Below, piece by piece: positions 1 through 9,306 of a stretch of 64,000 nt of DNA. A program made the position numbers and the translations under genes. Source of the stretch: Bdellovibrionales bacterium (GTDB taxonomy: Bacteria; Pseudomonadota; Alphaproteobacteria; UBA9219); NCBI GenBank assembly GCA_041649025.1, contig JBAZNY010000004.1, forward strand, positions 26,705-90,704. The letters are read 5' to 3'. Positions within the stretch are counted from its first letter, which is position 1, and every line of letters begins with the position of its first letter. The notes below the pieces were generated by a model. It searched no databases. It was not told the DNA's origin and worked only from the letters and a program-made list of their open reading frames with translations.

Positions 1-246
1 GTCGGTAACGATTCAGGATTGATGCATCTGGCGGCGGCGCTTGGCGTGCCGACCGTGGGATTGTTCGGCGTCGGCTATCCGTACATTTACGGGCCGTGGG
101 GCGAGCACTGCGAGTTTGTCACGACGCCCGAAAACCGCGAAGAGCTTTGGGCGCGGCTTGCGCGATCAAATCCCCCGCCCAAGACGCTGATGGACAACCT
201 TTCCGTCGAGCGCGTCGTCGCGGCGGCGAGGAAATTGCTGACGTAA
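1..246 (+). CDS. ADP-heptose:LPS heptosyltransferase family protein (GT9), C-terminal fragment; 5' end lies outside the window
   Basis: Frame 1 from nt 1 reads ...GNDSGLMHLAAALGVPTVGLFG..., the GT9 C-terminal signature; stop at 244-246. Confidence 0.75.
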   Translation, partial: VGNDSGLMHLAAALGVPTVGLFGVGYPYIYGPWGEHCEFVTTPENREELWARLARSNPPPKTLMDNLSVERVVAAARKLLT

Positions 247-582
247 TTTTCGAATAATCTCAGCGTCGGTTGCGTTGCAGCAAGGAATAATCCCATAATT
301 TCAAGATGATAGGACTCGTCCCAATTATTCCACAAATATTGTGATATATCCCTTGACATTCGATTTGACGCGCATTATATGGATGTCGCACCCTTAAGAA
401 AGGTGCTTTTGGTCGGACTTCGGACCCGCTCAGCCGGCGGTTACGGGATTAACTCCGAAGAAAAGCCAAAAAGGTATGCAAATGCTACCGTCTTGCGTGT
501 ATCTCACGCAGGAAGGCGGCGCGCGCCACCTCTTTTTTTAGGATTTTATTTTTGGAGATTTTGAGAATGCAGACTTAAAAAA

Positions 583-2352
583 CTAACGACGCTCAAAGAG
601 CTTATCCAAATCCGCTTTTTTCAGTTCGACGTAGGTCGGACGACCGTGATTGCACTGCCCGCTGTTGGGCGTGTCCTCCATCTGGCGCAAAAGCGCGTTC
701 ATCTCGTCAATCGTCAAAGCGCGCCCCGCCCTTACCGAGCCGTGGCAGGCCATTGTCGCGCAAATATGATCAAGACGGTCTGAGAGCGCATGGCTATCGT
801 CGACTTCCGCCACTTCATCGGCCATATCCCGCAACAACGCGCCTATATCCGTATCTTTCAGTAAAGCCGGAACCTCGCGCACAAGCACGGCGCCGCCGCC
901 GAACATCTCAACAATCAACCCTATTTGTGCCAAGGACTCGGCATTCGACAAAATACGCTCAGCCGAAGGTTCGTCCATTTCCACGACTTCGGGCACAAGC
1001 AGAATTTGTCGTTTGATTGCGTGTTCGCTGAGCGCTTGTTTCATTTTTTCGAAAACGATGCGTTCATGCGCGGCGTGCTGATCGACAATGACGATCCCGT
1101 CTTCCGTTTGCGCAACAATATAGGCGCTGTGAATTTGCGCGACAGCCGCCCCTAAACGTCCAACTGACGATACTTTTGACTCGGCCATAGATGCCGCATT
1201 ACGCCCATGCGGCGGAAAAGAAGCAAACATGGGGCTGTATCCGCGCGGCGCGCTACCATGCGAAGGAAATCCTTGCGTCCGGGCGATGGCAGGATCGGCA
1301 AAGCCCTCGCCTCCCTGCGGCTCCAGCATCTGCATTGCCTGGGGCGTCAACGTGCTGGTCGTCAACTGCGCCGCGCCTTCCAACGCGCGACGAATGCCGG
1401 AAATCATCAAACCGCGCACATGCGCCGCGTCGCGAAAACGCACTTCCGTTTTGGCCGGATGAACATTCACATCAACATCCTGCGGCGGCACGTCGATAAA
1501 CAAAACAGCCAAAGGATACCTGCCGGAAGGCAACAAGTTGCCATAGGCGGCGCGCAAGGCCGACAAAAGAACTTTATCGCGCACGGGCCTTCCGTTGACG
1601 AACAGGTGCTGCCCGCGAGCCGTCGCCCCGTGAAAAGTCGGCAACGACGCATACCCCGCAATTTTTATCCCCTCGCGTCCGATATCGACGACAACAGCGT
1701 TATCGATAAATTCCGCGCCCATCACGTCGCCGACACGCTGCTTGGGATCGGGGCTGCGCGGAAAATGCAAAGGCTTTTTGTTTTCGTCCTGAAACGTGAA
1801 GTCGACAGAAGGATTAGCAAGAGCAAGGCGTTCAATAACCTCTCGCGCGTAATCGCTTTCTGTTCTCGGCGTTTTAAGAAATTTCAGACGCGCGGGAGTC
1901 GCAAAAAACAAATCCCGCACCTCAACCCGCGTGCCGTGAGCCAAAGCGGCAGGATGAGGGGCTTTAGCCGTTCCCCCCTCGACATCGACTTGCCATGCGC
2001 TCTCCGCGCCCTTTGCCCGGCTCGTCAAAGACAAGCGGGACACGGACGCAATCGAGGGCAATGCTTCGCCCCTGAAGCCAAAACTGTGGATGTTCCAAAG
2101 ATCTTCATCGGGCAATTTGGACGTCGCGTGGCGTTCGAGCGCCAAAGAAAGATCGTCACGCGCCATGCCGCAGCCGTCGTCCGTTACGGCGATAAGGGCC
2201 TGCCCGCCTTCGCGTAAAACAACGTCGATTTTCGTAGCGCCGGCATCGAGTGCGTTTTCAACAAGCTCTTTCACGGCAGCGGCAGGACGTTCGACGACCT
2301 CGCCGGCGGCGATGCGGTTGACAAGGGACTCTGGCAGGCGACGGATGGGCAT
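583..2352 (-). CDS. mutL: DNA mismatch repair protein MutL
   Basis: 589 aa; N-terminus MPIRRLPESLVNRIAAGEVVERPAAAVKELVENALDAG is the GHKL ATPase MutL signature; C-terminal dimerisation region present. Confidence 0.95.
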   Translation of the reverse strand: MPIRRLPESLVNRIAAGEVVERPAAAVKELVENALDAGATKIDVVLREGGQALIAVTDDGCGMARDDLSLALERHATSKLPDEDLWNIHSFGFRGEALPSIASVSRLSLTSRAKGAESAWQVDVEGGTAKAPHPAALAHGTRVEVRDLFFATPARLKFLKTPRTESDYAREVIERLALANPSVDFTFQDENKKPLHFPRSPDPKQRVGDVMGAEFIDNAVVVDIGREGIKIAGYASLPTFHGATARGQHLFVNGRPVRDKVLLSALRAAYGNLLPSGRYPLAVLFIDVPPQDVDVNVHPAKTEVRFRDAAHVRGLMISGIRRALEGAAQLTTSTLTPQAMQMLEPQGGEGFADPAIARTQGFPSHGSAPRGYSPMFASFPPHGRNAASMAESKVSSVGRLGAAVAQIHSAYIVAQTEDGIVIVDQHAAHERIVFEKMKQALSEHAIKRQILLVPEVVEMDEPSAERILSNAESLAQIGLIVEMFGGGAVLVREVPALLKDTDIGALLRDMADEVAEVDDSHALSDRLDHICATMACHGSVRAGRALTIDEMNALLRQMEDTPNSGQCNHGRPTYVELKKADLDKLFERR

Positions 2353-2409
2353 ACGCAGAAGATAGCCGTGAATGCGGCTTAATTACACAAAAATATGCGA
2401 AAATGACCC

Positions 2410-3696
2410 CTAATCCTTCAGCATTTCGGCAATCATTATCTTCTGTTCAGCATCAAAGCGAGTGCCTTCTATAATGGTGAAAGTTAAATCGCTATCCGTT
2501 AAATCCGCTCCCTCAAGATTGGCATAAGACAGGTCGGTATTGTTAAGATTAACCTGACGAAGCCGCGCGCCTGAAAGATTGGCGTACCGTAAATTGGCAT
2601 TTGTCAGATTGGACGTGATTGTCCTGCCTTGCGGAGAAATAAGGGGTTCGAAATGCGCGTCGCGCAAATCCGCGTTGGTAAGGCGCGTCCCGACCATATC
2701 GACGCCGCGAAAATCCGCCTTAAAAGCGGAAACATGGCGCATATCCGAGTTGCTGAGAAAAGCAGCCTGCATCTGGGATTCCGTCAAGTCCAGGCCGTAT
2801 AGAATGGCTCCTTCGGCATTGACCAGCGCAAGATGCGCATAAGCAAAAATTTTGGTTCCGCGCATGTCGTGGTTGCTAATATCGAGCTGTTTGCCCAGCG
2901 TTCCGTCCGAAGAAACCCACGCCGTATGTTTGCGTAAAAGATCCTCGAGCGACTCCGATAAATCCTTTGCCGTCGGCCCTAAAGGCAAATTGGTCATCGC
3001 ATTAAGCAAGTTCGCCTGTTGCAGACTCGCAATGTTGAGCGCTGCGTTCACAAGAACGGCGCCGCGCATGTTGACTCTTGTCAGATCGCACTGGCTAAGG
3101 TCGGCGCCTTCAAGATTGGCTCCGGAAAAATCCGATCCTTCGAGGCGCGCGCGAACGATTTTGCAGCCGCACATGGTCGTGTCGCTAAACTTCGTGCCGA
3201 CGGCAACGGCGCCGGACAAACGCGCATCGGTCAAATTCGCGCCGCTGAAATCCGCGCCACCGGCCTCCGATGCAGGCCAATCTTTGTGCAAGGGAACAAT
3301 ATCCCCGTCAGCCTCCGTTCCAGCCAACATTCCCTCGCGCAGGTCGGCTCCGGCCAAATCCGCGGCAATCAGATTAGCGCCGCGCAAACAAGCCCCTCGC
3401 AAATCGGCGCGCATCAGATGAGCGCCCTGTAAATTACAAAAGCGCATATCCGCGCCAAAGAAATTGCAATAATCAAGCATAGCCCCGGATGCGTTGGCGC
3501 GGTTCAGAGAAACGCCCGTCATATCGGCATATGAAAGATCCAAACCCGAAATATTGAGGCCGGATAAATTGTGGCGAGACAATACGGCCCGCGCCCCGCC
3601 CACGCGCGCAGATAGAAACATCGAATGCTTGCGCACAATGGCGTCCAGTTCATCCTGCGTGGTTTCAATGAGTCGTGAATTTTCTTCGTGATCCAT
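2410..3696 (-). CDS. Pentapeptide-repeat protein (428 aa, dozens of A(D/N)LxG-type repeats)
   Basis: Long run of tandem pentapeptides (ANLSGANLEGADLSQCDLTRVNMRGAVL...); no signal peptide. Confidence 0.85.
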   Translation of the reverse strand: MDHEENSRLIETTQDELDAIVRKHSMFLSARVGGARAVLSRHNLSGLNISGLDLSYADMTGVSLNRANASGAMLDYCNFFGADMRFCNLQGAHLMRADLRGACLRGANLIAADLAGADLREGMLAGTEADGDIVPLHKDWPASEAGGADFSGANLTDARLSGAVAVGTKFSDTTMCGCKIVRARLEGSDFSGANLEGADLSQCDLTRVNMRGAVLVNAALNIASLQQANLLNAMTNLPLGPTAKDLSESLEDLLRKHTAWVSSDGTLGKQLDISNHDMRGTKIFAYAHLALVNAEGAILYGLDLTESQMQAAFLSNSDMRHVSAFKADFRGVDMVGTRLTNADLRDAHFEPLISPQGRTITSNLTNANLRYANLSGARLRQVNLNNTDLSYANLEGADLTDSDLTFTIIEGTRFDAEQKIMIAEMLKD

Positions 3697-3802
3697 TATT
3701 TCCCAAAGGGCCTTCCTGAGAATTTTAATTTTCTCAACTAACCTTTAAGGAAAGCTTACTCTTCGTGGAAAAAACAACGCGATAACCGCGCTTAGTTATC
3801 TA

Positions 3803-5359
3803 TTATTGCAGAAGAATCTTAAAAAGCCGGCTCACACACTCGGTTTTCCCGTCTGTGGATCCGCCTTTTTCCAGGTCTTTGGCCATACGCTTGCCAAGCT
3901 CAACACCGGGTTGATCAAACGAATTGATATCCCAAACAACCCCCTGAACAAACGTTTTGTGTTCGTACAAAGCCAGCAACAAGCCCAGATGGTAGGGATC
4001 AAGTTTTTCAAGGCTTATGAGGTTCGACGGACGACACCCGGGATATACATCTTCCGGCTTTGCGGCGCTTGCTTGGCCGAAAGCAAGGGCCCCCATCTGT
4101 GCCGCCAGATTTGACAGTACCGCTTGATGATGATCGGGCTTGTTCAGGTCATCGTGCGTCACCGCTATAAAATCGGCAGGAATGACGTCACTGCCCTGAT
4201 GCAGGCATTGATGAAAACTATGCTGACCAACAGTTCCGCATTCGCCGAAAATGACGGGGCTTGTCGCGTAATCGACGGCTTCCCCCGCCCAGGTTACTGA
4301 TTTTCCGTTACTTTCCATTTCGAGTTGCTGCAAATAGCGCGGCAAGTCCCGCAATCTTTCGCAATAAGGCAAAACGGCCTCTGCGGAACATCCTCTAAAA
4401 TTGCGGTTCCAGACACTGAGCATGGCGAGAATAACCGGCATATTGACAGCCAGCGGCGCGGTTTTGAAGTGCGCGTCCATAGCAGCCGCCCCTTTCAACA
4501 AATCGCGGAAGTTCTTGTTGCCGATGGAGAGGGCAACGCTCAGGCCGACGGCAGACCATAGGCTATAGCGCCCGCCCACCCAATCCCACATCGGAAATAA
4601 GTTGTCGGAATGAATGCCGAATTTTTCGACTTCTTTCGCATTCGCGGAAACGGCGACAAAATGATGGGAAACAGCTTTTTCGCCAAGCTTATCGACGATC
4701 CATTTTCGCGCCGTACGTGCGTTAAGCAGCGTTTCCTGCGTCGTAAATGTTTTTGACACAATGATAAAAAGAGTCTCATCAGGATCGGCTTTTTGCAAAA
4801 CGCTCTCGATATCGAAAGCATCAGCATTGGCGACATAATGCGTTTCAAAATTTGATGTGTAGGGTTTAAGAGCCTGTGCCGCCAAACGCGGCCCCAAATC
4901 GGAACCCCCGATGCCGATATTCACGATCGTGCGAAACGGTTTGCCGGTAGCGCCCTTTCCTTTTCCGTTTCGCACATCGTCGACAAAAGCAGCGATGCGT
5001 TTTTGCGTCGCGCGCACTTCCGGCATAACGTCAAGCCCATCAACCAAAACAGAGACATCGTCCGAGCGGCGCAGGGCGGTGTGCAAAACGGCGCGATCTT
5101 CGGTCGCATTGATTTTTTCTCCCGAAAACATGCGTTCGCGATACCCTTCGATGGTCTGAAAGGCAGCAAGCGCAAGCAGAAAGGACATCGTTTCTTCCGT
5201 CACATTTTGAAAAGCATACGTAAGACGCAAGCCTTCATGAGCAATACTGAAGTTTTCAATTCTTTCGGGATCACTCAGGATTTTCTTCATGTCCTTAACG
5301 CGAAGCTCGTCGCGATGCCAAACAAGGTTCTTCCAAGCCGGTGATGAAGTTATGCTCAT
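3803..5359 (-). CDS. pgi: Glucose-6-phosphate isomerase
   Basis: 518 aa with conserved PGI motifs (GGRYSLWSAVG, sugar-isomerase signatures); start ATG overlaps the upstream stop as ATGA. Confidence 0.93.
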   Translation of the reverse strand: MSITSSPAWKNLVWHRDELRVKDMKKILSDPERIENFSIAHEGLRLTYAFQNVTEETMSFLLALAAFQTIEGYRERMFSGEKINATEDRAVLHTALRRSDDVSVLVDGLDVMPEVRATQKRIAAFVDDVRNGKGKGATGKPFRTIVNIGIGGSDLGPRLAAQALKPYTSNFETHYVANADAFDIESVLQKADPDETLFIIVSKTFTTQETLLNARTARKWIVDKLGEKAVSHHFVAVSANAKEVEKFGIHSDNLFPMWDWVGGRYSLWSAVGLSVALSIGNKNFRDLLKGAAAMDAHFKTAPLAVNMPVILAMLSVWNRNFRGCSAEAVLPYCERLRDLPRYLQQLEMESNGKSVTWAGEAVDYATSPVIFGECGTVGQHSFHQCLHQGSDVIPADFIAVTHDDLNKPDHHQAVLSNLAAQMGALAFGQASAAKPEDVYPGCRPSNLISLEKLDPYHLGLLLALYEHKTFVQGVVWDINSFDQPGVELGKRMAKDLEKGGSTDGKTECVSRLFKILLQ

Positions 5360-6735
5360 TGTTTTACGGTGTCCTTTGTTTGCGCAGGAACAATGCTTTT
5401 TGGCTTTCCCACCATGACGAGCGTCATCTTATCGGGATTAAAAAAACGTTCAAGGACGCGTTCGATATCCCCCTTTGAAACGCTACGAATAAGCCGATTA
5501 TAGCGATCAAGATAATCGCGTCCCAGCTTCTCTCTTTGCATCGAAACGAGAAGGCCGGCGATTTTATCCGTGGACGTCAGCGCCAAGGGCATTGCGCCCG
5601 TCAGATAATCTTTGGCGGCTTCAAGTTCTTTTTCCGTAAGTCCTTCGTCATGAAAACGGCGGAGCGCGTCAAGAATTGTGTTCAGAGCCTCGGCTGCCTT
5701 CGGATTATCGACGGCCGCCCCTCCGACAATCAATCCTCCATGTTGCGCCGGAGACAGGTATGTCGAAATTCCATAGGTCAGTCCTTTTTTGTCGCGCACT
5801 TCCTGCATGAGGCGCGAGGCAAATCCTCCGCCGCCAATGACATAATTGGCAACTTCGGCAGCATAATAATCGGGATCGCTTCGCTTCGGCCCCGGCATGG
5901 CGAAGAGTAATTCGGTTTGCGTTCCATCGCGCCGCACAAGAACCGTCGGCGTCTTTTTTATTTCCGGACTATCGGCAATAGGAGTCAACTGCGCGCGCGC
6001 AGGCAAATCGACAAATGTTTTATCAAGCGCAGCCGAAAGTTCGTCGGGCGTCATGTCTCCGGCGACGGCTACCGTCAACGTCGCGCGCGCCAAATGCTTT
6101 GCCGCAAATTCCTGAATATCGTCGCGCGTAATGGATTCAAGCGTTTTCAGGGTTCCAAGCCGCCTCTGGCTGTAGGGATGGCGCGCATAAATCTGCGATA
6201 CCAGAGCGTTTCGCGCCTGCCAGTTCGGATCGGAAAACTGGCGGCGGATGCCCGACAAATGCTGCGCGCGCTGACGTTCAATGTCAGCCGCGTTAAAGCG
6301 CGGCTCTGTTATGGCAAGACGTAAAAGATCAAACGCCGTATCCTTATCCACGCTGAGACATTTCAAACCGCCGCTGATCTTGTCTCTTTCGGCGCTAAAT
6401 CCGATGGAAATTGACCGATCCGCCAACTGTTGTTGAAAGGCCGCCGCATCATAGGGCCCCGCCCCTTGGGTCAACAGTCCAGTCGTCAACGCCGCAAGTC
6501 CTTGCTTGTCGGCAGGATCTTGCTCGTTTCCGCCCTGAAAGGCAAAATGCATCGCGACGACAGGCAATTTGTGATTTTCGACGAGCCAGGCCTTAACCCC
6601 GGATTTTTTGCCGACGACTTCCTGGATGTTGATGGCGTAAGCAGGCAACGAGATGAGCAAGAGAATGGCAAAAAATAACAAAAAGAAAATGGGATCCCCG
6701 CCTTCGCGGGGATGACGGGATTTGTGCTGCGTCAT
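5356..6735 (-). CDS. M16 family zinc peptidase, non-catalytic-type subunit (insulinase/PqqL-like), secreted
   Basis: M16 C-terminal domains. N-terminus MTQHKSRHPREGGDPIFFLLFFAILLLISLPAYA is a signal peptide. Start set at the ATG (6733-6735) that overlaps the upstream stop as ATGA; the ORF-track extension to 6903 is rejected. Confidence 0.8.
   Translation of the reverse strand: MTQHKSRHPREGGDPIFFLLFFAILLLISLPAYAINIQEVVGKKSGVKAWLVENHKLPVVAMHFAFQGGNEQDPADKQGLAALTTGLLTQGAGPYDAAAFQQQLADRSISIGFSAERDKISGGLKCLSVDKDTAFDLLRLAITEPRFNAADIERQRAQHLSGIRRQFSDPNWQARNALVSQIYARHPYSQRRLGTLKTLESITRDDIQEFAAKHLARATLTVAVAGDMTPDELSAALDKTFVDLPARAQLTPIADSPEIKKTPTVLVRRDGTQTELLFAMPGPKRSDPDYYAAEVANYVIGGGGFASRLMQEVRDKKGLTYGISTYLSPAQHGGLIVGGAAVDNPKAAEALNTILDALRRFHDEGLTEKELEAAKDYLTGAMPLALTSTDKIAGLLVSMQREKLGRDYLDRYNRLIRSVSKGDIERVLERFFNPDKMTLVMVGKPKSIVPAQTKDTVKQ
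6683..6720 (+). repeat. REP-like hairpin repeat copy A (AAAAAGAAAATGGGATCCCCGCCTTCGCGGGGATGACGG), lying inside the first codons of the M16 peptidase gene
   Basis: 8-bp perfect stem ATCCCCGC/GCGGGGAT; same unit recurs at 8699-8750 and 45551-45656 with compensatory stem changes. Confidence 0.7.
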
Positions 6736-8123
6736 CGTTTGCCCGCTCCTTTTTCGGAAACGGGTTGAACCGTCTTTGGCTTTTTTGCCTCCTTGCGCGG
6801 CGCAGGCAAAAAAGCGCCCATGATCTGGCGTTTTGAAGAAACAAGTTCGCGCAGCGCCGCATTGACTTGATCGACACTGACGGTATTGATACGATCCGGC
6901 CATGCTTCAGCATCGGCAACGCTGTGTCCGGTAGTCAACGCCATGCCAAAGACATATCCGGGCATCATTAGCCCCTCACGAGCGAAAATAGCTGCGCGTT
7001 GGAAGCGTTGCTTAGCCTTTTCGACATCCGTCGCGTTTAGCCCTTTTTTTGCGGCCTCGTTTAGCGTTGAACGCAGAGCTTCTTTAAGTTTTTCATGAGA
7101 CTGCCCGGCGCGTAAAGATGCCGTTAGTGCAAACGTTGTTTCACCGCGCGCATCGGGGTCGTAACTTGCGTTAACCCCGCTGGCGATGTCCAATTCCTTC
7201 ACCAGTTTTTTGTACAAAATGCCGACTTCGCCGCCGTCCAAAACTTCGGTCAGGACTTCATACGCGTAAGCGGGGATATCCTTTTGCGTGGCATAGGACG
7301 GCGCTACAAAACGCCAAACAATTTCCGGTTGTTCAACACGCGCGTCCGTATACGTAAATTCCTTCTCTTGCGGTTGCGGCGCAGCCCCGAAGTCACGCGG
7401 AGGCAAAACATTGCGTTGGGGCACGCGGCCATAGGTGGCGGCCGCAAGGCTGATGACGTCTTCGACTTTCACATCCCCGGAAATGACGACGATGGCGTTG
7501 TTCGGCGCATAAGCAGCGTCGTAAAATTTGCGCACGTCCGACACGGAAAGCTTTTCGACATCCTTCATCAAGCCGACGATAGGCCGTCCATAAGGATAGT
7601 GCGGCATAAACTTGTGCTGAAGTTTTTCCATAAATATTCCTTCGGGACTGTTATCGGTGCGCTGCTGGCGTTCGCGAAGAATGACGCGCAGCTCCGGCTC
7701 TGCCGTTTCTTTTATCAGGCGCAGATTCTGCATCCTGTCCGCTTCCATCTGCATAATCATCGGCAGACGATCAACGGCGACTTTTTCATAATAGACGGTG
7801 TAATCGTAGGACGTAAAAGCGTTATCATCTCCGCCCTGCCCCGCAATGATTTTGCTGAATTCTCCCGGCGCGACGTTTTCCGTTCCGCGAAACATCAGGT
7901 GTTCGAGATAATGCGCAAGGCCCGTTTTGCCCGCGATTTCATCGGCAGCGCCGACTTTGTACCAGACCATCTGGCTGACGGCGGGCGCGAGGCTGTTGGG
8001 GACGACAACGACCTGCAAACCGTTCGAAAGCGTAAAATGAGAGGGATAAAATACGGCGGCACGTGCAGTCCCCATCATCGCAGCCATGAGCCAGATGATG
8101 AGAAGGGTTGTCCGTGCGAACAT
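6732..8123 (-). CDS. M16 family zinc peptidase, catalytic-type subunit (HxxEH)
   Basis: Signal peptide MFARTTLLIIWLMAAMMGTARA; inverted zinc motif GLAHYLEHLMFRGT; 463 aa. Confidence 0.88.
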   Translation of the reverse strand: MFARTTLLIIWLMAAMMGTARAAVFYPSHFTLSNGLQVVVVPNSLAPAVSQMVWYKVGAADEIAGKTGLAHYLEHLMFRGTENVAPGEFSKIIAGQGGDDNAFTSYDYTVYYEKVAVDRLPMIMQMEADRMQNLRLIKETAEPELRVILRERQQRTDNSPEGIFMEKLQHKFMPHYPYGRPIVGLMKDVEKLSVSDVRKFYDAAYAPNNAIVVISGDVKVEDVISLAAATYGRVPQRNVLPPRDFGAAPQPQEKEFTYTDARVEQPEIVWRFVAPSYATQKDIPAYAYEVLTEVLDGGEVGILYKKLVKELDIASGVNASYDPDARGETTFALTASLRAGQSHEKLKEALRSTLNEAAKKGLNATDVEKAKQRFQRAAIFAREGLMMPGYVFGMALTTGHSVADAEAWPDRINTVSVDQVNAALRELVSSKRQIMGAFLPAPRKEAKKPKTVQPVSEKGAGKR

Positions 8124-8665
8124 TATAGTCCCAGCCAGCCGCTCTTTTGCTTTTCGATAACGGGCGTGGCGCCGGATGTTACGGATTGATTGCCTTCTTT
8201 GGCTTTCTTGAGGCGCTCGGCCTCGGCAGCGGCATCGACGATTGTGCCACGCTCTTTATCGCCGTTCCAATTTATAAGCCGTTGAACAAGATGCGATGAG
8301 GCAACAACTTTTTGCGAGGATTCACGATCGACGATCTCGCGGATATTGGGATCGACCTTGGTCGCGCCCGAAGCTTCGAGAAGGGCCGTTTCCCCCTTTG
8401 AAGGAGCTTGAGCCTTTTTCGGAACTTTGGCGCCGAATAAAGCCTCGCTGGCCTGTTGATCGGTCTCGATGGCTTGGGGCCGCGCCACGCCCGGACGCGG
8501 AGGATGCAAGCCGTAATCCGGCGGCATCGACAAGGGCGGGCGTTCGACAACGGCAAATTCATCAGGAGGATTGCGCCCGAAACCTAAATCTTCGCGCAAT
8601 TCGCTGCACGCCGCCATGGAAATCGCGGCGACGCCAAGAAGAAAAAAGGAACGTGAGTGAGACAT
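8123..8665 (-). CDS. Lipoprotein of unknown function (DUF3035-like)
   Basis: MSHSRSFFLLGVAAISMAAC: lipobox with Cys; Pro/Ala-rich low-complexity body; stop overlaps the downstream M16 start (TAATG). Confidence 0.6.
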   Translation of the reverse strand: MSHSRSFFLLGVAAISMAACSELREDLGFGRNPPDEFAVVERPPLSMPPDYGLHPPRPGVARPQAIETDQQASEALFGAKVPKKAQAPSKGETALLEASGATKVDPNIREIVDRESSQKVVASSHLVQRLINWNGDKERGTIVDAAAEAERLKKAKEGNQSVTSGATPVIEKQKSGWLGL

Positions 8666-8698
8666 GGATTTCTCGTAGGCCAAAGAGTAATTTACCAA

Positions 8699-8750
8699 GA
8701 TGGATCCCCGCTTTCGCGGGGATGATGGCTTTCGCCATCATTTTCCCCTT
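8699..8750 (+). repeat. REP-like hairpin repeat copy B plus a second overlapping hairpin (ATGATGGC TTTC GCCATCAT) at the lspA 3' end
   Basis: GGATCCCCGC TTTC GCGGGGATGATGGCTTTCGCCATCAT: two overlapping perfect 8-bp stems with TTTC loops, between lspA and the lipoprotein gene. Confidence 0.7.
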
Positions 8751-9214
8751 ACCATACCATCGATTAGGAGAAGCGCAACGCCCGTAACGATAGCCGCGTC
8801 GGCAACATTAAAGGCGTACCAGTGAAGATTACCGTAATAAAAATCGAGGAAATCGACGACAGCGCCATAACGCACACGGTCGATAACGTTGCCGATAGCC
8901 CCGCCCATAATCGCGCCGAGAGCCAAGGCAACGGTGGTCGAGCTTGTCCTCATTAGCCAGCGCCCAAGAAGAAAGAGTATAACGACGGCGACGGCGATGA
9001 GGACATAAGGGAGAACGCGCTCCCTGCCGTGGTTTAAAAAGCCGAAGGTAACGCCCTTATTCCAGACGAGAACAAAATTGAGAAAGGACGTGATCGGAAG
9101 CGTGCGATGCACGTCGTCAAGGCGGTCGAGAATCAGCCATTTAGTTAGCTGATCGACAAGCCCCACAAAGGCCATAGCGTAAAAACCGATAATCGCGCGA
9201 CGTCGTGCGGCCAT
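8738..9214 (-). CDS. lspA: Lipoprotein signal peptidase (signal peptidase II)
   Basis: 158 aa, four TM segments, conserved LspA blocks (VDQLTKWLI, NKGVTFGFL, NVADAAIVTG). Confidence 0.92.
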   Translation of the reverse strand: MAARRRAIIGFYAMAFVGLVDQLTKWLILDRLDDVHRTLPITSFLNFVLVWNKGVTFGFLNHGRERVLPYVLIAVAVVILFLLGRWLMRTSSTTVALALGAIMGGAIGNVIDRVRYGAVVDFLDFYYGNLHWYAFNVADAAIVTGVALLLIDGMVRGK

Positions 9215-9306
9215 GACTCTCCCAAGGAAAAAGGACTAGCGGAAAGAAGCTAGACGAAAGGCAGAAAGGGGGCAATGGGGAAAGAAGGCGCGCCTCTAAA
9301 AGTCGG

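Noticed and set aside
285-332. Imperfect dyad GGAATAATCCC...CCAATTATTCC after the heptosyltransferase gene as a defined regulatory element
   Set aside because: Arms are imperfect and not followed by a U-tract. Possibly a weak terminator, not reportable as a feature.
388-541. SRP (4.5S) or 6S RNA identity for the promoter/terminator-bounded region
   Set aside because: No GGAAGG-containing domain IV symmetric loop with correct flanking pairing, and no 6S-like central bubble. Kept only as a generic sRNA candidate.
1207-2217. 336-aa ORF on + strand opposite mutL, plus other long antisense ORFs (753-1016, 2852-3421, 21313-21957, 28033-28386, 30287-30860, 31095-31559, 61641-62624, 16827-17369)
   Set aside because: Arg/Ala/Gly-rich shadow ORFs typical of GC-rich DNA. 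Each lies antisense to a gene with strong homology signatures.
6736-6903. N-terminal extension of the M16 peptidase ORF to 6903
   Set aside because: It would overlap the upstream peptidase gene by 170 nt. The ATG at 6733-6735 forms an ATGA junction and is followed by a signal peptide.
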